DNA of 10,613 nucleotides, taken from IMG/VR virus record IMGVR_UViG_2751185968_000013. One strand, written 5' to 3'. Source of the stretch: a virus (lineage: Duplodnaviria; Heunggongvirae; Uroviricota; Caudoviricetes). Below the pieces are notes generated by a model. It did no database searches. It saw only the letters and a program-made list of their open reading frames with translations, and was not told where the DNA came from. Position numbers and translations under genes: made by a program. Shown here piece after piece: positions 7,153-10,613 of this stretch; position 1 is the stretch's first letter; the number at the start of each line of letters is the position of its first letter.

Positions 7153-7419
7153 TCATGCGTCGTACCCCCGTTTGCGTCCGGCAATGCGTCCGGCCATCCA
7201 TGCGGTGACTTCAGAGTGCAGCCAGGCCACATTTTTACCGCCAAGACTCACCTGCGGCGGAAATTCCCCCTTACGGATGAGTTCATAGATGGTCGAGCGT
7301 GACAGGCCGCACAGGTGCATCACTTCCGGCAGACGTAAAAAACGCTCCTGCGTGATGTCCGGCAGCGGCATCAGTGGCGTCACAGGGGCGGGAGACGGGG
7401 AAGAAAAAACAGCTTGCAT
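7153..7419 (-). CDS. vis: Vis/AlpA-family excisionase-like transcriptional regulator (88 aa)
   Basis: Contains [48 protein letters not shown], the AlpA/Vis helix-turn-helix signature. 88 aa matches P4 Vis (orf88). SD GAGG 7 nt upstream of ATG 7419. Confidence 0.8.
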   Translation of the reverse strand: MQAVFSSPSPAPVTPLMPLPDITQERFLRLPEVMHLCGLSRSTIYELIRKGEFPPQVSLGGKNVAWLHSEVTAWMAGRIAGRKRGYDA

Positions 7420-7520
7420 CGGGCTACCTCGTTAATGTCCATACAGCACCGGATAAGTCCGTCCGGCTTCGGGTAGCGCTTTATTTTGTGAATATTTTTG
7501 GCAGATGCAACAGGGGGGAT

Positions 7521-7538
7521 TTGTTCCGGCAGTCTTAC
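7521..7538 (-). promoter_or_regulatory. TGT-N12-ACA box (Delta/Ogr-type activator site); candidate late promoter PLL driving vis
   Basis: TGTtccggcagtcttACA read directly; about 110 bp upstream of the vis start. P2/P4 late promoters carry TGT-N12-ACA centred near -55. Confidence 0.45.
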
Positions 7539-7697
7539 AATGGCTGTGTATTTTTTATACATCAGCGCCAGATGGCTTTAAAACGCTCTGGAAGGAGCTG
7601 GAAAAAATTATAGTGAAATACAAATTGTTTTTTCTTATTTATTTCAGTGGATTAATAAAAATAAAAAGTAATAAACAGCACAAAAAGTCTATGAGCG

Positions 7698-7801
7698 GGT
7701 GAACAGTGGTGAACAGACGGTGAACAGTCATTACTGCGATTGTTCACCCTTTAACTTACTGTATTACTTATCTTTTTTCTTATGGTGAACAGAGGTGAAC
7801 A
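7698..7801. repeat. ori-like iteron cluster: six type I octamers
   Basis: GGTGAACA at 7698-7705, 7708-7715, 7719-7726, 7784-7791, 7794-7801 and inverted TGTTCACC at 7741-7748. Flanked by an AT-rich stretch (7601-7690). Lies about 4.7 kb from the crr-like repeats, as in P4 (ori and crr 4.5 kb apart). Confidence 0.7.
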
Positions 7802-7880
7802 GTAAAATATAAAAAAACAAACAGTAAGCCGGTTTTTCCTGCGACCTTTTCCTGGCTTGCCGGTCTGAGGATGAGTCTCC

Positions 7881-7898
7881 TGTGTCAGGGCTGGCACA
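7881..7898 (+). promoter_or_regulatory. TGT-N12-ACA box; candidate Delta-activated Psid late promoter
   Basis: TGTgtcagggctggcACA, centred about 80 bp upstream of the sid ATG, with a CACAAT -10-like hexamer at 7932-7937. Confidence 0.5.
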
Positions 7899-7970
7899 TC
7901 TGCAATGCGTCGTGTTGTTGTCCGGTGTACGTCACAATTTTCTTAACCTGAAGTGACGAGGAGCCGGAAA

Positions 7971-8705
7971 ATGTCTGACAACACCATCCCTGAATATCTG
8001 CAACCCGCACTGGCACAACTGGAAAAGGCCAGAGCCGCCCACCTTGAGAACGCCCGCCTGATGGATGAGACCGTCACGGCCATTGAACGGGCAGAGCAGG
8101 AAAAAAATGCGCTGGCGCAGGCCGACGGAAATGACGCTGACGACTGGCGCACGGCCTTTCGTGCAGCCGGTGGTGTCCTGAGCGACGAGCTGAAACAGCG
8201 CCACATTGAGCGCGTGGCACGCCGGGAGCTGGTACAGGAATATGACAATCTGGCCGTGGTGCTGAATTTTGAACGTGAACGCCTGAAAGGGGCGTGTGAC
8301 AGCACGGCCACCGCCTACCGGAAGGCACATCATCACCTGCTGAGTCTGTATGCAGAGCATGAGCTGGAACACGCCCTGAATGAAACCTGTGAGGCGCTTG
8401 TCCGGGCAATGCATCTGAGTATCCTGGTACAGGAAAATCCGCTCGCCAACACCACCGGCCATCAGGGCTACGTCGCACCGGAAAAGGCTGTCATGCAGCA
8501 GGTGAAATCATCGCTGGAACAGAAAATTAAACAGATGCAAATCAGCCTCACCGGCGAGCCGGTTCTCCGGCTGACCGGACTGTCAGCGGCAACACTCCCG
8601 CACATGGATTATGAGGTGGCAGGCACACCGGCACAGCGCAAGGTGTGGCAGGACAAAATAGACCAGCAGGGAGCAGAGCTTAAGGCCAGAGGACTGCTGT
8701 CATGA
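7971..8705 (+). CDS. sid: Sid-like capsid size determination (external scaffold) protein, 244 aa
   Basis: ATG 7971 with SD GAGGAG 7 nt upstream (the listed ORF start at 7953 is an upstream GTG extension). Length 244 aa matches P4 Sid; first gene downstream of the late promoter box; stop overlaps the delta start (ATGA). Confidence 0.8.
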   Translation: MSDNTIPEYLQPALAQLEKARAAHLENARLMDETVTAIERAEQEKNALAQADGNDADDWRTAFRAAGGVLSDELKQRHIERVARRELVQEYDNLAVVLNFERERLKGACDSTATAYRKAHHHLLSLYAEHELEHALNETCEALVRAMHLSILVQENPLANTTGHQGYVAPEKAVMQQVKSSLEQKIKQMQISLTGEPVLRLTGLSAATLPHMDYEVAGTPAQRKVWQDKIDQQGAELKARGLLS

Positions 8706-9202
8706 TTTACTGCCCGTCGTGTGGACATGTTGCTCACACCCGTCGCGCACATTTCATGGACGATGGCACCAAGATAATGATTGCACAGTGCCGGAATATT
8801 TATTGCTCTGCGACATTTGAAGCGAGTGAAAGCTTTTTCTCTGACTGTAAAGATTCAGGAATGGAATACATTTCAGGCAAACAGAGATACCGCGATTCAC
8901 TGACGTCAGCCTCCGGCAGTATGAAACGCCCGAAAAGAATGCTTGTTACCGGATATTGTTGTCGGAGATGTAAAGGCCTTGCACTGTCAAGAACATCGCG
9001 GCGTCTGTCTCAGGAAGTCACCGAGCGTTTTTATGTGTGCACGGATCCGGGCTGTGGTCTGGTGTTTAAAACGCTTCAGACCATCAACCGTTTTATTGTC
9101 CGCCCGGTCACGCCGGACGAACTGGCAGAAAGCCTGCATGAAAAACAGGAACTGCCGCCAGTACGCTTAAAAACACAATCATATTCGCTGCGTCTGGAAT
9201 GA
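8702..9202 (+). CDS. delta: Delta-like late transcription activator (tandem Ogr-type zinc fingers), 166 aa
   Basis: Two Ogr-like Cys clusters (CPSCG...C..IYC and CCRRC...CTDPGC). 166 aa matches P4 Delta, a covalent dimer of Ogr-like domains. Confidence 0.85.
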   Translation: MIYCPSCGHVAHTRRAHFMDDGTKIMIAQCRNIYCSATFEASESFFSDCKDSGMEYISGKQRYRDSLTSASGSMKRPKRMLVTGYCCRRCKGLALSRTSRRLSQEVTERFYVCTDPGCGLVFKTLQTINRFIVRPVTPDELAESLHEKQELPPVRLKTQSYSLRLE

Positions 9203-9275
9203 GGGCTGCCGGTTAACACCGGCCGTCGCCGCACACCGTATTTTTATTCTTCAGCATGATGAGAAAGAGATAACG

Positions 9276-9848
9276 ATGGAAAGCACAGCCTTACAGCAGG
9301 TCTTTGACACCTGTCAGAATAACAAAGCAGCATGGCTGCAACGCAAAAATGAGCTGGCTGCGGCCGAACAGGAATATCTGCGGCTTCTGTCCGGGGAAGG
9401 CAGAAACGTCAGTCGCCTGGACGAATTACGCAATATTATCGAAGTCAGAAAATGGCAGGTGAATCAGGCTGCCGGTCGTTATATTCGTTCGCATGAAGCC
9501 GTTCAGCACATCAGCATCCGCGACCGGCTGAATGATTTTATGCAGCAGCACGGCACAGCACTGGCGGCGGCACTGGCACCGGAGCTGATGGGCTACAGTG
9601 AGCTGACGGCCATTGCCCGAAACTGTGCCATACAGCGTGCCACAGATGCCCTGCGTGAAGCCCTTCTGTCCTGGCTTGCGAAGGGGGAAAAAATTAATTA
9701 TTCCGCACAGGATAGTGACATTTTAACGACCATCGGATTCAGGCCTGACGCGACTTCGGTGGATGACAGCCGTGAAAAATTCACCCCTGCGCAGAACATG
9801 ATTTTTTCGCGTAAAAGTGCGCAACTGGCATCACGTCAGTCTGTGTAA
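9276..9848 (+). CDS. psu: Psu-like polarity suppression / capsid decoration protein, 190 aa
   Basis: Length 190 aa and position (last late gene before cos) match P4 Psu; the N-terminus MESTALQQVFDTCQNNKAAWLQRKNELAAAEQEYLRLL matches Psu as I recall it. Confidence 0.8.
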   Translation: MESTALQQVFDTCQNNKAAWLQRKNELAAAEQEYLRLLSGEGRNVSRLDELRNIIEVRKWQVNQAAGRYIRSHEAVQHISIRDRLNDFMQQHGTALAAALAPELMGYSELTAIARNCAIQRATDALREALLSWLAKGEKINYSAQDSDILTTIGFRPDATSVDDSREKFTPAQNMIFSRKSAQLASRQSV

Positions 9849-9883
9849 AATTCCCCGAAAATCCGCCCGTTTTTACTGAAAAA

Positions 9884-9923
9884 AGCCATGCATCGATAAG
9901 GTGCATGGCTTTGCATGCGTTTT
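9884..9923 (+). terminator. Candidate terminator of the sid-delta-psu operon
   Basis: 9-bp stem AGCCATGCA (9884-9892) / TGCATGGCT (9902-9910) with a 9-nt loop, followed by TTGCATGCGTTTT. The T-tract is interrupted, so this is a weak call. Confidence 0.4.
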
Positions 9924-10012
9924 CCTGCCTCATTTTCTGCAGACCGCGCCATTCCCGGCGCAGCCTGAGCGTGACTGTGCAACTGCATTAAAACCGCCCT
10001 GCAAAGCGGGCG

Positions 10013-10031
10013 GGCGTGGCGGGGAGAGCAT
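10013..10031. other. cos-like cohesive-end site
   Basis: GGCGTGGCGGGGAGAGCAT matches 16 of 19 positions of the P2/P4 cohesive end GGCGAGGCGGGGAAAGCAC as I recall it. Preceded by the palindrome CCGCCCtgcaaagcGGGCGG (9994-10013) and located downstream of psu, as in P4. Confidence 0.5.
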
Positions 10032-10237
10032 TGCGCGCCATGCCGTGAGGATAATTATTTTATTAATATTCAGCTCATGACGTCTGTAATTGGGAAGAAG
10101 TGAAAAATGCTCATGTAACTTATGAATATTTAACGTTAAACCGATCAAATTCTAGGGTGAAAACATTGCCCGCACGAAGTCAATGGGGTTATGCTTAATT
10201 TTTGAACATGATACATATCCCAAGATAAGAAGCTAAG

Positions 10238-10613
10238 TGAACCGCCCCGGGTTTCCTGGAGAGTGTTTTATCTGTGAACTCAGGCTGCCAGATCATCGTT
10301 TCCGATGGAAGCATAATAAGCTTTTTCTGCTTCTGCCGGAGGGATGTGGCCCAGCCTTTCCAGCAATCGTCGATTATTATACCAGTCCACCCACGTGAGT
10401 GTGGCCAGTTCCACTTCTGCACGGTTTTTCCAGCTCTTACGGTGTATTACCTCCGCTTTGTAAAGACCATTGATGCTCTCCGCCATCGCGTTGTCATACG
10501 AGTCGCCTGTACTTCCTGTTGATGCCAGTAATCCGGCTTCCTTAAGCCGCTGTGTGTAGGCCAGCGATACATACTGAGAACCTTTATCACTGTGATGGAC
10601 CGTGCCGGACGGT
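10238..10613 (-). mobile_element. IS3-family insertion sequence, partial (IS629/IS3411-like end; continues beyond window end)
   Basis: Terminal sequence TGAACCGCCCCGGGTTTCCTGGAGAGTGTTTTATCTGTGAACTCAG starts at 10238, which I recall as the IS629-type inverted repeat. It is followed by the transposase C-terminus on the minus strand. Confidence 0.8.
10280..10613 (-). CDS. IS3-family transposase (OrfB) C-terminal part, partial
   Basis: Minus-strand translation ...PSGTVHHSDKGSQYVSLAYTQRLKEAGLLASTGSTGDSYDNAMAESINGLYKAEVIHRKSWKNRAEVELATLTWVDWYNNRRLLERLGHIPPAEAEKAYYASIGNDDLAA* carries the DDE-integrase signature (HSD..., SYDNA..ES.N). The listed ORF 10280-10486 is just the portion after an internal Met. 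Confidence 0.85.
   Translation of the reverse strand, partial: PSGTVHHSDKGSQYVSLAYTQRLKEAGLLASTGSTGDSYDNAMAESINGLYKAEVIHRKSWKNRAEVELATLTWVDWYNNRRLLERLGHIPPAEAEKAYYASIGNDDLAA

Noticed and set aside
6557-7201. 214-aa ORF
   Set aside because: In-frame extension across the putative immunity leader and promoter; the candidate upstream starts lack an SD; the short form starting at 6754 is preferred.
6927-7302. + strand ORFs 6927-7208 and 6994-7302
   Set aside because: Antisense to the left operon leader and vis; no RBS.
7374-7702. + strand ORFs 7374-7613 and 7505-7702, minus ORF 7380-7562
   Set aside because: Lie in the promoter/ori intergenic region or antisense to vis; no RBS and no recognisable domain.
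7932-8478. Minus-strand ORFs 7932-8462, 7943-8311, 8074-8478
   Set aside because: Antisense to sid; spurious frames in GC-rich coding sequence.
8943-9170. 75-aa + strand ORF inside delta
   Set aside because: Alternative frame within delta, which has clear zinc-finger motifs in its own frame.
9930-10148. 72-aa ORF on the minus strand spanning the cos-like site
   Set aside because: Crosses the cos palindromes; no RBS; probably non-coding packaging region.
10195-10522. ORFs 10195-10422 (-) and 10274-10522 (+)
   Set aside because: Cross the IS terminus or run antisense to the IS3-family transposase.

Overview
This window is almost a complete P4-type satellite phage (phage-plasmid) genome, in the same gene order as the cos-linear map of P4. 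From left to right: cargo-hotspot edge, int (-), att core, crr (two ~115-bp direct repeats carrying TGTTCACC iterons), alpha primase/helicase (-, 777 aa), two small ORFs of 106 and 151 aa (-), epsilon (-, 95 aa), a kil-like small ORF with a P4-style RNA-immunity leader, vis (-, 88 aa), an iteron cluster (ori-like) flanked by divergent TGT-N12-ACA late-promoter boxes, sid/delta/psu (+, 244/166/190 aa), a cos-like site, and the other cargo-hotspot edge. Gene names are assigned from synteny, protein lengths and motifs recalled for P4; no database search was possible. Both visible edges of the variable cargo region (the position where P4 carries gop/beta/cII, between cos and int) are occupied by insertion sequences: a partial IS1 at 1-220 and a partial IS3-family element from 10238 to the window end. 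The IS1 copy interrupts an AT-rich gene whose first 138 codons look like a SIR2 (sirtuin, ThsA-like) domain, which is the best candidate for defence cargo in the window, but it is truncated. The interior of the hotspot, where any complete or novel system would sit, lies outside the window. The int-att-crr-alpha contiguity shows the att core is not split, so this copy is not integrated through that site.
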